NCBI GenBank assembly: GCA_049968235.1
Contig: JBMFRC010000007.1
Span: forward strand, 96,001 to 160,000
DNA: 64,000 nucleotides
Origin: Candidatus Hydrogenedens sp.
GTDB lineage: Bacteria; Hydrogenedentota; Hydrogenedentia; Hydrogenedentales; Hydrogenedentaceae
Direction: 5' to 3'
The notes beneath the pieces were generated by a model. It was given only the letters and a program-made list of their open reading frames with translations, did not search any database and was not told the DNA's origin. The position numbers were made by a program, and so were the translations under genes. Shown piece after piece: positions 29,068 through 39,762 of the stretch (the first letter of the stretch is position 1; each line of letters begins with the position of its first letter).

Positions 29068-30399
29068 TTATTTAAATAATTTACTTACATCATTAAATTT
29101 GTCAGCTTTCGTTACAATGACGACCCGGTCACCTTCTTCCATGGCATCTTCGCCTTTTGGAATTATTGCTTGTTCTTCACGAATTATCCCTGCTACAACA
29201 AAACTAATTTCAAATCGTATATCTTTAAGTGCACGATTAAGAAACTTAAAAGACTTTTTAATCTCATATTCCGCTATTTCAATGCCTCGAATGTTCAACA
29301 GATGTTTTACTGTATTTTGATATACGATTCGTAATACCTTATTAACAAAACTATAATACGGAATTACCGAATAATCAATTCCAAAACGGTCTACTAATTC
29401 ACCAAACTGTTTATTATATATAACACTTACTACATAAGGAATACCTATATCCTTTGCTAAGGAAGCTGCAACAACATTACGCTCATCATCATGGGTTGGT
29501 GCAATAAACACATCAAAATCTTTAACCGCCATTAATTGAGAACGATTGCTTAATGGGTCATCATTTACAATATCTACTTTATATTTTGAAAGTATTTGCG
29601 ATAATTCCTCTGCCCTCTCTTTGTCCTTTTCAAATAATTTAATCACAGAAACTTTATCTTTTAATGCCCGAATAATCTGAACACTTATAGGTGTCCCACC
29701 TAAAATAATAACTCTTTTCTTCTTATCCCAATCCCCTGTAAATATTTTTACCGCACGAGCCATACCGTCGCGTCTTCCAAAAATTCCTAAAATATCTCCG
29801 CACTTTATCCGCGTTTCACCCGTAGGCACATCCACCTGCTTCCCTGATTTTATATAGCCAATAACTACCTTTTCTTTAATTACATCCATCACCTCTTTCA
29901 AGGTCTTTCCATTCTCCTTAAATTGGTTCCAGACCCTTAATTCATAAAATTGGATACGGTCATTTCCATATTCTTCAGAAACCAACAAGCCTGGCGACTC
30001 AGAAAAACTCGCAATATCCGTTGCAGTCAACTGCTCCGGTGATAAAAAATAATCAATTCCCAGAATACTCTCATATAAAAAGGCATTATTAATATAAACC
30101 ATATCTGAAACCAGAGCAGATACACTCTCTGCCCCTAAATTCTTTGCACAACTACTCGCAATTATATTTGCTCTATCATCCCCCAAAGTTGCAATGAAAA
30201 GGTCACATCCACCACTCATTACCTCCTGTAATAGTGAAGGGTCCTGGGCATCGCCCAGCCGAATACCAACATCTACCTTTCCTGTTAAATCGTCAAGTAC
30301 CGATTTATCGTAATCCAATACTGTTACATCATTATCTTTGTAAAGCATCTCCGCTAACAGCGAACCTGCTCTACCTGCACCTGCAATCACAATTTTCAT
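29068..30399 (-). CDS. trkA: Trk system NAD-binding protein TrkA (two RCK domains)
   Basis: 'MKIVIAGAGRAGSLLAEML' Rossmann motif, and a second RCK domain 'VIILGGTPISVQIIRAL'. Confidence 0.85.
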   Translation of the reverse strand: MKIVIAGAGRAGSLLAEMLYKDNDVTVLDYDKSVLDDLTGKVDVGIRLGDAQDPSLLQEVMSGGCDLFIATLGDDRANIIASSCAKNLGAESVSALVSDMVYINNAFLYESILGIDYFLSPEQLTATDIASFSESPGLLVSEEYGNDRIQFYELRVWNQFKENGKTLKEVMDVIKEKVVIGYIKSGKQVDVPTGETRIKCGDILGIFGRRDGMARAVKIFTGDWDKKKRVIILGGTPISVQIIRALKDKVSVIKLFEKDKERAEELSQILSKYKVDIVNDDPLSNRSQLMAVKDFDVFIAPTHDDERNVVAASLAKDIGIPYVVSVIYNKQFGELVDRFGIDYSVIPYYSFVNKVLRIVYQNTVKHLLNIRGIEIAEYEIKKSFKFLNRALKDIRFEISFVVAGIIREEQAIIPKGEDAMEEGDRVVIVTKADKFNDVSKLFK

Positions 30400-30540
30400 A
30401 CCTTTTATTCCAATATATAAATATTCCTTTTCAATATTCCCTTACGCCTTACCTCTATCGCTCATTACTTATTTTACCTACTTATTATTGGAAGTGATAT
30501 TATATCACAATGCAAACCATGAAATAAAAAAGGAAAGAAC

Positions 30541-32469
30541 ATGAAAAACATATTATCACAAAAAAGCAAACAAACTTTCTTGCTTCTGCTTATCTCCATT
30601 GTATTACTATCCATCTCAGGATTCCCGCAAGAAGAGCATAAAACGGTTCTGGGATTAAATGTGGATTTCAACAAAATTCTTATAAACACCTCTCACGATA
30701 GACTCATCAAAGAAAGGTTTTCAATAGATAAAGGATTATTGGCTCAAACAGAAGAGGGGAAGGCAGCTCTCCAATGGGCAAAGGAACTCCTTCAGGAGCA
30801 AACAACAATTCCGCCAACACCCTATACCCTCTACAGAGAGTATAAAAGAACAGGAGACCGAAAAAAATATGAACAACCTTATTTCCTGAAACGGTCTATG
30901 CTTTCCGCAACTACTTTACTTATTTATTTTGAAAACGATGATTCTTTACTTCCCCTTCTTAACGACCTCATCTGGAATATTTGCGAGGAAACTTCCTGGG
31001 TCCTTCCTGCTCATGAACGACAAGAAAAATATACCTATGTTGACCTGTTTTCCGCCGAAACCGCAACTCAATTAGCCCACACATTCCTCTTCTTAGAAGA
31101 TAAACTTCCTGATGAAATCAAAAAAAGAATTCGCTATGAAGTTAAAAGGAGAGTTATGCAACCTTACCTTTTTTATTCTGAAAATAAATACGGCTGGGTT
31201 AGTGGACGGAATAACTGGACAGGTGTTTGTGCCGGGTCCATCGGTGAATGCTTTATCATACTGGAAGAAAACGAACAAATTCTCCGTAAAGCCATTACTC
31301 TCGTTACAAACCAATTAGCACGGTTCTTGAAAAATGGTTTTGCGGAAGATGGTGGTTGTCTGGAAGGCATCTCTTACTGGAACTATGGACTTACGCATTA
31401 TGTCAGTTTTGGCGAACTACTTTATGAAGCAACCGATGGGAATGTGAATATCATGCAGAACCCGCGTCTTTACCAGATTGCCTTCTACCCTTATGTCGTT
31501 TACTTAGGAAATGGACAATTTGCCAGTTTCTCCGATGCCCCATCGCAATTTTATCCTCACGCTTTCATCACACATCGGTTAGCAGATCGTTTCTCCGCTT
31601 ATGACCGACTTTCTTCTACATCTCATCCTTTCATTTACCATAAATTGGGAAAACGACTAAATGTAGATTACCTGCATGCACTCGCTAATCCTTCACCAAT
31701 ACACTGGCATTTTGGAGATATTATCCGCAATATCCTCTGGTCCTACCCTTATTCTCAACAGGCTAAACAAGAAATCCCCATTAAAAGCACTTGTTTGCCT
31801 AAATCCGGTATTGCAAGATTTGTCTCAAAAGATAATCATGGAAATACACATATTGTTATTTGTAAAGCGGGTAGTAATAATGAACCCCACAATCATAACG
31901 ATGTTGGAAGTTTTGTATATGCTGTCAATAATACTATATTTCTAACAGACCCCGGTGCTGGTCTTTATTCCCGCGAATATTTCAGTGCTAAACGATATGA
32001 AAACATCTTTACGAATTCATACGGGCATAGTCTCCCCGTTATCGGAGGAAAACTACAAAGTACCGGAGAACAATACAAAGGAGAACTTATCTATGAAGAA
32101 CCTAACAAAGCCATTATAAACTTCCATGAGGCATACAACATTCCAACTTTGAAAAAAGCACAACGAACCCTTTTACTTAACGAAAATGGACTAAAAATTA
32201 CCGATATCTTTGAATTTTCAAATCAAGGAGAAGAAGTAGAAGAAGCACTCGTAACATGGCTTCCTGTATCTATACAAGGTAATTGTGCCATCATTGAAAG
32301 CAAAGAAGGCAAAATTACAATCACTCCTTCTTGTGGGTCTTTTGAAGTGGAATCCCTTAAAAAACAGTGCGAAGAAAACAGCCGTTCTGGCGAACTCTCT
32401 CGCATAAGATTAAAACTCCCTACACAAACCAAAACACAGATTACATTTAACATAACCTTTTTAAAATAA
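30541..32469 (+). CDS. secreted heparinase II/III-family polysaccharide lyase-like protein
   Basis: Signal peptide, N-terminal alpha/alpha toroid-like region and the C-terminal 'HNHNDVGSFVYAVNNTIFLTDPGAGLYS' heparinase II/III motif. Confidence 0.65.
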   Translation: MKNILSQKSKQTFLLLLISIVLLSISGFPQEEHKTVLGLNVDFNKILINTSHDRLIKERFSIDKGLLAQTEEGKAALQWAKELLQEQTTIPPTPYTLYREYKRTGDRKKYEQPYFLKRSMLSATTLLIYFENDDSLLPLLNDLIWNICEETSWVLPAHERQEKYTYVDLFSAETATQLAHTFLFLEDKLPDEIKKRIRYEVKRRVMQPYLFYSENKYGWVSGRNNWTGVCAGSIGECFIILEENEQILRKAITLVTNQLARFLKNGFAEDGGCLEGISYWNYGLTHYVSFGELLYEATDGNVNIMQNPRLYQIAFYPYVVYLGNGQFASFSDAPSQFYPHAFITHRLADRFSAYDRLSSTSHPFIYHKLGKRLNVDYLHALANPSPIHWHFGDIIRNILWSYPYSQQAKQEIPIKSTCLPKSGIARFVSKDNHGNTHIVICKAGSNNEPHNHNDVGSFVYAVNNTIFLTDPGAGLYSREYFSAKRYENIFTNSYGHSLPVIGGKLQSTGEQYKGELIYEEPNKAIINFHEAYNIPTLKKAQRTLLLNENGLKITDIFEFSNQGEEVEEALVTWLPVSIQGNCAIIESKEGKITITPSCGSFEVESLKKQCEENSRSGELSRIRLKLPTQTKTQITFNITFLK

Positions 32470-32631
32470 CAGTTCGTCCCCTCTGACTTGTCTGATTTGT
32501 CGGACCTGTTTGACTCGTTTATTTCCACCTAATTCTCACAATTAAATCTCTATTTTTACATTTATTTCATTTCACTTGACTTTATTAACCATAACGTTTA
32601 TAATAAAACTACAAATTACAAGGAGTGACCT

Positions 32632-33321
32632 GTGATTAAGCGAAAAATCATTTCTATAGACTCCGAAAAATGTAACGGTTGTGGTTTGTGTGTTAACGCC
32701 TGTGCGGAAGGTGCTATAAAACTCATTAATGGCAAAGCACAATTAGTTTCCGATGTTTACTGCGATGGTTTAGGAGCATGTCTGCCTCATTGCCCCACAT
32801 TAGCACTCTCCATTGTAGAACGAGAAGCGGAACCTTTTGATGAAGAATTAGTTAAATTACAGCAAAGCATTAACGAACCTAAAACACCCATACATACATG
32901 CCCGAGCATACAATTCAAACCTGACCCTGCCCGAAAAGGAACCCTTTCCTACTGGCCTATCCAGATTCGACTCGTTCCCCCTATGGCTCACTACCTTCAA
33001 AACGCTAAACTCCTGGTAGTGGCGGATTGTGTTCCCATCGCATATCAAAATTTCCACAGCGATTTTTTGCAAGACCATGTTGTCCTTGTCGGCTGTCCCA
33101 AATTCGACCCGAAAGAACAATATGTTCAAAAATTCGCCGAAATTTTCACAAACAATGATATAAAAAACGTTACCATCCCCGTTATGGAAGTTCCATGCTG
33201 TCAGGCACTACCCAATATCGTACTTGCAGGCTTGCAATATTCAGGGAAGAATATCCCTGTTGAAAAAATTATAATCTCAATTCAAGGAGAAATATTGGGT
33301 AAACAATTCATTAATGGGTAG
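32632..33321 (+). CDS. 4Fe-4S dicluster ferredoxin-domain protein with a Cys-containing C-terminal domain (GTG start)
   Basis: 'CNGCGLCVNAC' plus 'CDGLGACLPHCP' motifs. AGGAG RBS. Confidence 0.65.
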   Translation: MIKRKIISIDSEKCNGCGLCVNACAEGAIKLINGKAQLVSDVYCDGLGACLPHCPTLALSIVEREAEPFDEELVKLQQSINEPKTPIHTCPSIQFKPDPARKGTLSYWPIQIRLVPPMAHYLQNAKLLVVADCVPIAYQNFHSDFLQDHVVLVGCPKFDPKEQYVQKFAEIFTNNDIKNVTIPVMEVPCCQALPNIVLAGLQYSGKNIPVEKIIISIQGEILGKQFING

Positions 33322-33327
33322 AAATTA

Positions 33328-33803
33328 ATGCAACAAAAATCATCTAAAATATCCTCAGGTTTTTCTCATTTAATACCTATCTGCGTATGCTTCGGAATTC
33401 TCATCGGAGTAGGTTCTTTCACTTTTATTACGCCCGCGGTTATTCATACCTTACCGATGACCCCAACGCCTGTGCTAATTGCCATGTAATGAAAGATTTT
33501 CTCGACTCCTGGCAAAAATCAAGCCATCACACTGTTGCAGTCTGTAATGACTGCCATACAGGACATACCTTGTTCTCCAAATACTATGTCAAAGGCTTAA
33601 ACGGCTATCACCATTCCACCGCATTCACTCTGGGCAATTTCCACGAACCTATTCGCATTAAAGAATTCAACCGAAAAGTAACAGAGGGAAACTGCCGATT
33701 TTGCCACCAAGACATTGTGCAAAATATTGATTCCAATATTGCTCATCGCAAACCATTACAATGCTTAAATTGTCATTTTAATGTAGGTCATTTTAATTAT
33801 TAA
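33328..33803 (+). pseudogene. nrfH: nrfH (NapC/NirT-family tetrahaem cytochrome c) interrupted by a single-base frameshift in a T4 run near 33423
   Basis: The TM anchor reads in frame 1 (MQQKSS...FGILIGVGSFTF). The haem domain reads in frame 0 from 33387 with four CXXCH motifs (CANCH, CNDCH, CRFCH, CLNCH). One extra T restores '..GSFTFYYARGYSYLTDDPNACANCH'. Confidence 0.75.
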
Positions 33804-33820
33804 AGGAAAAGAAAAAGAGC

Positions 33821-35239
33821 ATGACAAAAAAAATCAGAGGCAATGAAGGTATATCCTCAATCACCGCAGTTATCCTTGTGCTGGGAGTTGCTTTCGCCAC
33901 ATTTGCGGTAACTGCATTGCTTATTAATATCTTTGAGAAACAACAAGAGGCAAAAAATCCTTTTTTCCGTGTTGTTGACATTAATGACGACACGGAAGAC
34001 CCGGAAATCTGGGGAAAGAATTTTCCTATCCAGTATGACCTGTATAAAAGAACTGTAGATATGGTCCGCACAAAATACGGTGGCAGTGAAGCATTACCTC
34101 ATACGCCTACCGAAAATGACCCGCGTTTCGTTGTTAGCCAATCCAAAATTGAACTCGACCCCCGACTAAAACGAATGTGGGCGGGTTATGCCTTTGCCAT
34201 TGATTTTCGTGAAGAGCGAGGACATGCCTATATGCTCGATGACCAGACCTTCACAGGCAGACAACAGAAGCCACAATTCGGTGTGTGTGCACATTGCCAC
34301 GCATCAGTATATGTCCCCTATAAAAAATTGGGTAATGGCGACCTTATAAAAGGTTTTGAAAAGATGAATCCCATGCCCTATATGGAAGCGAGAAAACTCT
34401 TACAACATCCTGTTGCATGTATCGATTGTCATGACCCAAAAACCATGCAACTACGAGTAACCCGTCCCGGTTTCCTTGAAGGAATTAAAACCTACAAAGA
34501 AGCTCAGGGAATAAAGGACTACAATCCCAACACTATGGCAAGCAGACAAGAAATGCGGACCTATGTCTGTGCCCAATGCCATGTTGAATATTATTTCAAA
34601 GGCGATGAAAAACGACTTACCTACCCATGGCATAAAGGTCTGGAAGCAGATAATATCCTCGCCTACTACGATGAAATCAACTTCAAAGATTGGGTTCATG
34701 CAGAAACAAATGCACCTATGCTCAAAGCACAACATCCTGAATTTGAATTATGGAGTCAGGGCATTCATGCTCGTTCCGGTGTCGCCTGTGCAGATTGCCA
34801 CATGCCATATACTCGCGTAGGAGCTTTAAAAGTAAGTGACCATCATGTCCGTAGTCCATTATTGAATATTAACCGTGCCTGCCAGACCTGTCACCATTTC
34901 TCCGAAGAAGAACTCAAAGCACGCGTAGAACGTATTCAAGACAAAACAGCTGAAATGAAAGATATGGCAATGGATTCTCTTATAGCACTCATTGACGATA
35001 TTAAACGAATCCTGGATACAGGCATCTCCAATGAAAAAGTTGAAGAAGCCCGCTTATGCCAGCGTCGTGCGTCATTCCTGATAGACTTTGTTGAGGCGGA
35101 AAACTCCACAGGCTTCCACGCCGACCAGGAATCCGCCCGTATCCTATTCAAAGCCATGGACCATCTTCGCAAAGGACAGGTCGCACTCAAAGACGCCATT
35201 ACCCTCTACCAGGCATACGGCAACACAACAACAAACTAA
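33821..35239 (+). CDS. nrfA: cytochrome c nitrite reductase, pentahaem catalytic subunit
   Basis: Five CXXCH motifs (CAHCH, CIDCH, CAQCHVEYYF, CADCH, CQTCH), an N-terminal anchor/signal, and the conserved 'CAQCHVEYYF'. Confidence 0.85.
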   Translation: MTKKIRGNEGISSITAVILVLGVAFATFAVTALLINIFEKQQEAKNPFFRVVDINDDTEDPEIWGKNFPIQYDLYKRTVDMVRTKYGGSEALPHTPTENDPRFVVSQSKIELDPRLKRMWAGYAFAIDFREERGHAYMLDDQTFTGRQQKPQFGVCAHCHASVYVPYKKLGNGDLIKGFEKMNPMPYMEARKLLQHPVACIDCHDPKTMQLRVTRPGFLEGIKTYKEAQGIKDYNPNTMASRQEMRTYVCAQCHVEYYFKGDEKRLTYPWHKGLEADNILAYYDEINFKDWVHAETNAPMLKAQHPEFELWSQGIHARSGVACADCHMPYTRVGALKVSDHHVRSPLLNINRACQTCHHFSEEELKARVERIQDKTAEMKDMAMDSLIALIDDIKRILDTGISNEKVEEARLCQRRASFLIDFVEAENSTGFHADQESARILFKAMDHLRKGQVALKDAITLYQAYGNTTTN

Positions 35240-35298
35240 TCTATCTCCATCATATCTAATTTTTCTATTAAAATATTTGAACATATTAATCATCTTAA

Positions 35299-36156
35299 CT
35301 ATCTCTTTTTTTTGCAGTCGAAGTAGTGGTTGTTTTTGGGACCGAACCAGCCGACATTCCATGCACGATTAATAGCACCGTAGGCATTTTCTTCCGTTGC
35401 CCATTCCCAGCGTTCTGAGGTGATATGTCCATCACACCATAAGACATTTGCCCTGCCCCAATGTCGAAAATGTAATGTTGGCGACATATATACACCTTCC
35501 TGCCCTCGTGGATAATTTGCTGAAACCATCAATGGCGGTTCCACAAAACTATATTCGACAATATATCCATTCTGAGGCATTCCACTATCTGCAAACATAA
35601 TCGTCTCTGAGGGATTTTCAATCATCCGCTCATGCATTCCTGATTTACATGCTTTTACCGGGTCATGTTCGATACTCAACATGGAACCGACATACGCCAT
35701 GTTATATCCATAGCCGCCCGAACCCGATTCAAATGCGTTGGGAACCTCGCCTAAACTCCGATATTCAAAAAATTCCGAGCATTCTTTAATCCTTCCCTCC
35801 GGCACATATTCAAATAACGGTCCTTTGCGAAAATCGAACGGCGTATCTGGATTTGGGGTATCTCGTCTTCCATGCCATCTACATCTACCTCCGAAATGGT
35901 CAGGTTCCGAACCCGGCAACAAAAAATCATACATATCCGAGGCGGCTGGAACATAATACCCATTATTCTCTGACGCATACATTGTATTAGCAAGGTACAA
36001 TTGTCTCAAATTATTCACACATGAGACACTCCTTGCCTGTGCCCGTGCCCTTGATAATGCAGGTAGAAGTATAATTGCCAGAATGCTAATGATGGCAATA
36101 ACAACCAGCAGTTCAATTAGAGTAAATCCCATATTTCTCTGCAAATTAAAAAACAT
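35299..36156 (-). CDS. prepilin-type N-terminal domain protein with H-X9-DG motif (DUF1559 family), second gene of the riboswitch-controlled operon
   Basis: '[44 protein letters not shown]' and '[16 protein letters not shown]'. Overlaps the upstream gene by 11 nt. Confidence 0.8.
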   Translation of the reverse strand: MFFNLQRNMGFTLIELLVVIAIISILAIILLPALSRARAQARSVSCVNNLRQLYLANTMYASENNGYYVPAASDMYDFLLPGSEPDHFGGRCRWHGRRDTPNPDTPFDFRKGPLFEYVPEGRIKECSEFFEYRSLGEVPNAFESGSGGYGYNMAYVGSMLSIEHDPVKACKSGMHERMIENPSETIMFADSGMPQNGYIVEYSFVEPPLMVSANYPRGQEGVYMSPTLHFRHWGRANVLWCDGHITSERWEWATEENAYGAINRAWNVGWFGPKNNHYFDCKKKR

Positions 36157-38260
36157 TCTGACCTCTTTTTACTTTCTCTTTCTTATCTGTGAGGAGAAGC
36201 AGTCCTATGACGACACATATTAGAGCCAAAAAAGCACTGCCTGCCATAGGAAGTGTTTTTACCTCAAACTCAAAATTCCGGCATATTAATTCATGAGAAC
36301 GATATTCATCATCATAAATACATACCTCTACATAAGCAGTCCCACCTACAGATATAGGTTTTACAACAAAATATATCCTCCCTTCAGAAATTGTAATTTG
36401 ATGCCCCGGAACAGCACGCAATACATCCGATGTAACTATTGTTCCACCTGCAATATCTACTGTAACCACACCCGTCTGTAATGGATTTCCGTAAATATCC
36501 TGAAATTCATCCGAAATAAAACTGAAATACTGCCCACCTTCTCCCATATTCCATAAATTAGCAATATACGCTGGCGGTCCCGGTAAAATATCAATAAATA
36601 TCTCTCCGTGTATCGTATTATCTATACTCTGAACCCAAAGTTTTCCCTTTCCTGCTACAGTTCCAGCCTCCACATTTATCTCCAATTTTCCATCCTTCAC
36701 CGCAACCTGAAGACCGTCAATAATTACATCCTCATCCATATTCAAAATATCCAGCAAAAAAGTATTAATCGTAAACAGTTTCCCATCTGAAACTGGATTA
36801 TTTTCCACATCCCTTATCTCATCACCCGTAACCCTTACAACATCTCCATATCCTACCACCTTTGTCTGCGATGGGTTCGCTGTTAAATGAATATGTCCCT
36901 GTCCCGGATTAATATCTCCTTCCCCTGCTAATGAAAATATCGCAAATACGCCCGGATACCGTGTTTGAAAAATTATCTTATTATTCACAAGGTCACGGTC
37001 AATAACATTTACATCTGAATTTACCCATTCTGTCCCATTCCAGCGATAAACATTTATCTCCGCTTCATCCATCCCATGAATTTGCTCTGCATTGTATCGG
37101 ACTCTCATCTTTGCCCATGCAATTTGAGCATTCTGAAAATCATTTACAGAGGAGGATAATTGAATGAACAAACCGCCCTTTACCAATCCATTTACTCCTA
37201 CTGTTGACGGATCTGGAACGGATTGCAAATCCACACTACAATTATAAGGTCTTTCACCCGTTCTAATCCCGGATGAAACTAATGTTATACAAATGTAATC
37301 TTCTGGATTACATGCAGTCCCCAACTCCATACCCGCTGGACTACCTCCCCAAATACCAGGTATTTCCAGAGGCAGAACGGTGCTTTCCGGTCGGTTCGGG
37401 TCTGTTCCGGAAACTTGTGTTTCATACTCATCAAGAACTCCATCCCCATCTGTATCTATATCTGGTGCCACATCGGCAAATGCCATAACTTCCGTTGTAT
37501 AAAAACCATACACAGGGTCAAGAATATTGGGTATTGTTGAAATTCGTATAAAATCGAATTCATCAAGATTTGCCGGGGTTCCCGATTCATCAACAGCCCA
37601 TGCAATATCAAACGCATCACCGCCCCCGCTACCTATATCAATACCTACAGTCTTTGGATTATCCGGTCGCAAATAATTATCCTTATACGGTGGCATGGTC
37701 GGATTGGTATCCGCATAACCCCACACTACTTCCTGGTTCGTTGTCGTAATTACATTTCCTGCAAATGGTGGTGTATTGTTTGTCAATCCCTGAGGGAAAA
37801 CAATCCTATTTAAGTTTCTACTACCAGGAATAACATACCACACATCATCCGCCAACCCATTTTTATTCACATCCTTTGATATTTCAATTAGTCCGGGTTC
37901 TATAAACTTCCTGTGCATATCCCCTCCAATCCAAAAGGCATTGGAATAAATAATACAATCCAGCCCCATCGGATTATGGGGGTCATCCTTTACAGGAGTA
38001 TTAAACTTCACAATAATAAAACTTTCTTGAGGTGCTCCCGGTGTGCCGATTGAATAAATACCACTCATTGACGGTAAACTTACACCAAACCCTAATGGTG
38101 CTCCCAAAACATCGTGCGGATTGGTAAAGCCAACATTTTGATTTATCCCAAAATAGGACACAACCTCATCTGCCCATGGGTCATCATCCGCATAAGAATA
38201 TACGGAGATAATGCAACATAGGAGAATAATCAATAAATATCTTTTTTTTCTGTCAAACAT
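36146..38260 (-). CDS. 704-aa secreted cell-surface protein with a C-terminal sorting-signal-like anchor
   Basis: Signal peptide '[16 protein letters not shown]', a DTDGDGVLD Ca-binding-like motif, and a C-terminal 'LPMAG' + hydrophobic stretch + 'KKEKVKR' tail. An A8 tract sits in codons 4-6. Confidence 0.65.
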   Translation of the reverse strand: MFDRKKRYLLIILLCCIISVYSYADDDPWADEVVSYFGINQNVGFTNPHDVLGAPLGFGVSLPSMSGIYSIGTPGAPQESFIIVKFNTPVKDDPHNPMGLDCIIYSNAFWIGGDMHRKFIEPGLIEISKDVNKNGLADDVWYVIPGSRNLNRIVFPQGLTNNTPPFAGNVITTTNQEVVWGYADTNPTMPPYKDNYLRPDNPKTVGIDIGSGGGDAFDIAWAVDESGTPANLDEFDFIRISTIPNILDPVYGFYTTEVMAFADVAPDIDTDGDGVLDEYETQVSGTDPNRPESTVLPLEIPGIWGGSPAGMELGTACNPEDYICITLVSSGIRTGERPYNCSVDLQSVPDPSTVGVNGLVKGGLFIQLSSSVNDFQNAQIAWAKMRVRYNAEQIHGMDEAEINVYRWNGTEWVNSDVNVIDRDLVNNKIIFQTRYPGVFAIFSLAGEGDINPGQGHIHLTANPSQTKVVGYGDVVRVTGDEIRDVENNPVSDGKLFTINTFLLDILNMDEDVIIDGLQVAVKDGKLEINVEAGTVAGKGKLWVQSIDNTIHGEIFIDILPGPPAYIANLWNMGEGGQYFSFISDEFQDIYGNPLQTGVVTVDIAGGTIVTSDVLRAVPGHQITISEGRIYFVVKPISVGGTAYVEVCIYDDEYRSHELICRNFEFEVKTLPMAGSAFLALICVVIGLLLLTDKKEKVKRGQNVF

Positions 38261-38439
38261 CGCATCTATAGCCTTTCAAAATTTTGTTCAGGCTACAGAC
38301 GGAGGATTAAACACTGGAAGGGAAGTTGTTCAGCCCATATTTGATGGACTGTCAGACATCAGCCTTCCCGCGAGACCTCAGTCTGTTCGCTCAAATCGGA
38401 CAGCAACTGGTAGGTCTTCGGACTTGCAGGCACAAACCT

Positions 38440-38570
38440 ACTTGGCTCGGCTTCCCAGAAATGCATCCAGTGCCATTACGAGCTGTTCGTTCCTGCTCAC
38501 CGCTGCGGGGCAGTTCCGGCTTTGCACCGGATTCCCTCTTAGCACCCTTTACACTACTTTGGGTGACCAG
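38440..38570 (-). ncRNA. cobalamin (B12) riboswitch, in the 5' leader of the 36146..38260 operon
   Basis: Minus strand reads 'AAGGGUGCUAAGAGGGAAUCCGGUGCAAAGCCGGAACUGCCCCGCAGCGGUGAGCAGG...GUAAUGGCACUGGAUGCAUUUCUGGGAAGCCGAGCC', matching the conserved GGGAA..GGUG..AA..CC, CCCCGC and GCCACUGG..GGGAAGSC core of the cobalamin aptamer. Locally GC-rich with no credible ORF. Confidence 0.8.
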
Positions 38571-38707
38571 TCACAGAGCGATTCAATTTTGTTTGTATTC
38601 ACTTATAGAGTAATAACACAAAAAGATAAAAAATTTCAAATATTTCAGAACCAATATACCTCTATATGGTATATTAATATTATAGATGTCAAAAGGAAAA
38701 AACGAAT

Positions 38708-38959
38708 ATGATATTTGATTTTAGTAAGTGTCAATCATCTAAAGAAAATATTCAAAACGCTATAGGACTATGGATTCTTAATATTCAAGGAAAAGATGTT
38801 TGTTTCTGGGGAAATTTTGAAGAAGCTTCAAAAACTGCAGAACTTTATTTAAAAACAAAGAACATAGAAAATACTACTGTTTATCTAATAGATTGTGTTG
38901 ATTATAGCCAGATGTTCCATGAGGATCATTCTATAAATTCCTATTCCCAATCTATTTAA
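38708..38959 (+). CDS. hypothetical small protein (ORFan, AT-rich)
   Basis: ORF only; no recognisable motif. Confidence 0.25.
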   Translation: MIFDFSKCQSSKENIQNAIGLWILNIQGKDVCFWGNFEEASKTAELYLKTKNIENTTVYLIDCVDYSQMFHEDHSINSYSQSI

Positions 38960-39135
38960 TGCTTTAATCTATTTATTTTTCTATTAATGATAATAAAAAT
39001 TAATTATATTATTTTTCTTATTTATAAATAAAATTCTTTATTTTATCCCGAAAATTTGGCAAAATCTGGAATAATATGTTATAATTTCAATGATAATGAT
39101 TGTTTTCATTAAATTATAATAAAAGGATTTATTAT

Positions 39136-39579
39136 ATGTTATCATTCGTAGATGTTCGATGTCCTCATTGCGGAGCACAGGGAAAAATTGTCCTTCCTCC
39201 TCTGGGAACAGTTTTAATTGGACCCTGTCCACAATGCAAAGGTATGGTCGCTTTGTTCAATGGGACAACACTCCCGTTAGACAGCAAAATAATATTAGAC
39301 GGTACTCTTGAAGAGAAGAAAAAACATATAGTTGATGTATTTAATGCTTTTATCGAAGAGAAAGTGGTAGAATTTTTTAATCCTAAAAAAGAAGGACTAT
39401 CTCCTCAACCGGATGATGCTAATGATTCATACAAATCAGAACATAGAATTGAAGAATACAGTCACAAAAAAATGAAAAAAAATAAACCTATCTCACGCGA
39501 CGAAGTTATGAAATTTAAAGAATCAGAAATAGACCTCCTCGATAATCCTGAAATATTTCGTAAATATTTCAGCAACTAA
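39136..39579 (+). CDS. zinc-ribbon (CPHC...CPQC) hypothetical protein
   Basis: 'VRCPHCGAQGKIVLPPLGTVLIGPCPQCKG'. An AAAGGA RBS lies 8 nt upstream of the ATG at 39136. Confidence 0.5.
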   Translation: MLSFVDVRCPHCGAQGKIVLPPLGTVLIGPCPQCKGMVALFNGTTLPLDSKIILDGTLEEKKKHIVDVFNAFIEEKVVEFFNPKKEGLSPQPDDANDSYKSEHRIEEYSHKKMKKNKPISRDEVMKFKESEIDLLDNPEIFRKYFSN

Positions 39580-39762
39580 TAATCATAAACGGTAAAGATG
39601 AATAATCGAGTTGTAGTTAGTAACACAATTATAGTTGTAAGTTCCAATAAAAAATATAAAATAATTTACAGGATATGAAGCGAATTTATACAGGGTAGTT
39701 GGGCATAATAATTTATATTTTTCTTCTGCACCGTTTTTATTTAATTTATTTAATATTGTATT

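Noticed and set aside
38280-38600. Possible RNase P RNA, tmRNA or SRP RNA
   Set aside because: The P4-type motifs (AGGAAAGUCCGGGCUCC, ACAGAACCCGGCUUA) are absent. The GGGAA..GGUG..CCCCGC..GGCACUGG..GGGAAGCC pattern fits the cobalamin aptamer instead.
38211-38711. Track ORFs 38211..38711 and 38326..38613 (+) in a locally GC-rich stretch
   Set aside because: The region is a cobalamin riboswitch on the minus strand. The ORFs have no RBS and a biased, structured-RNA-like composition.
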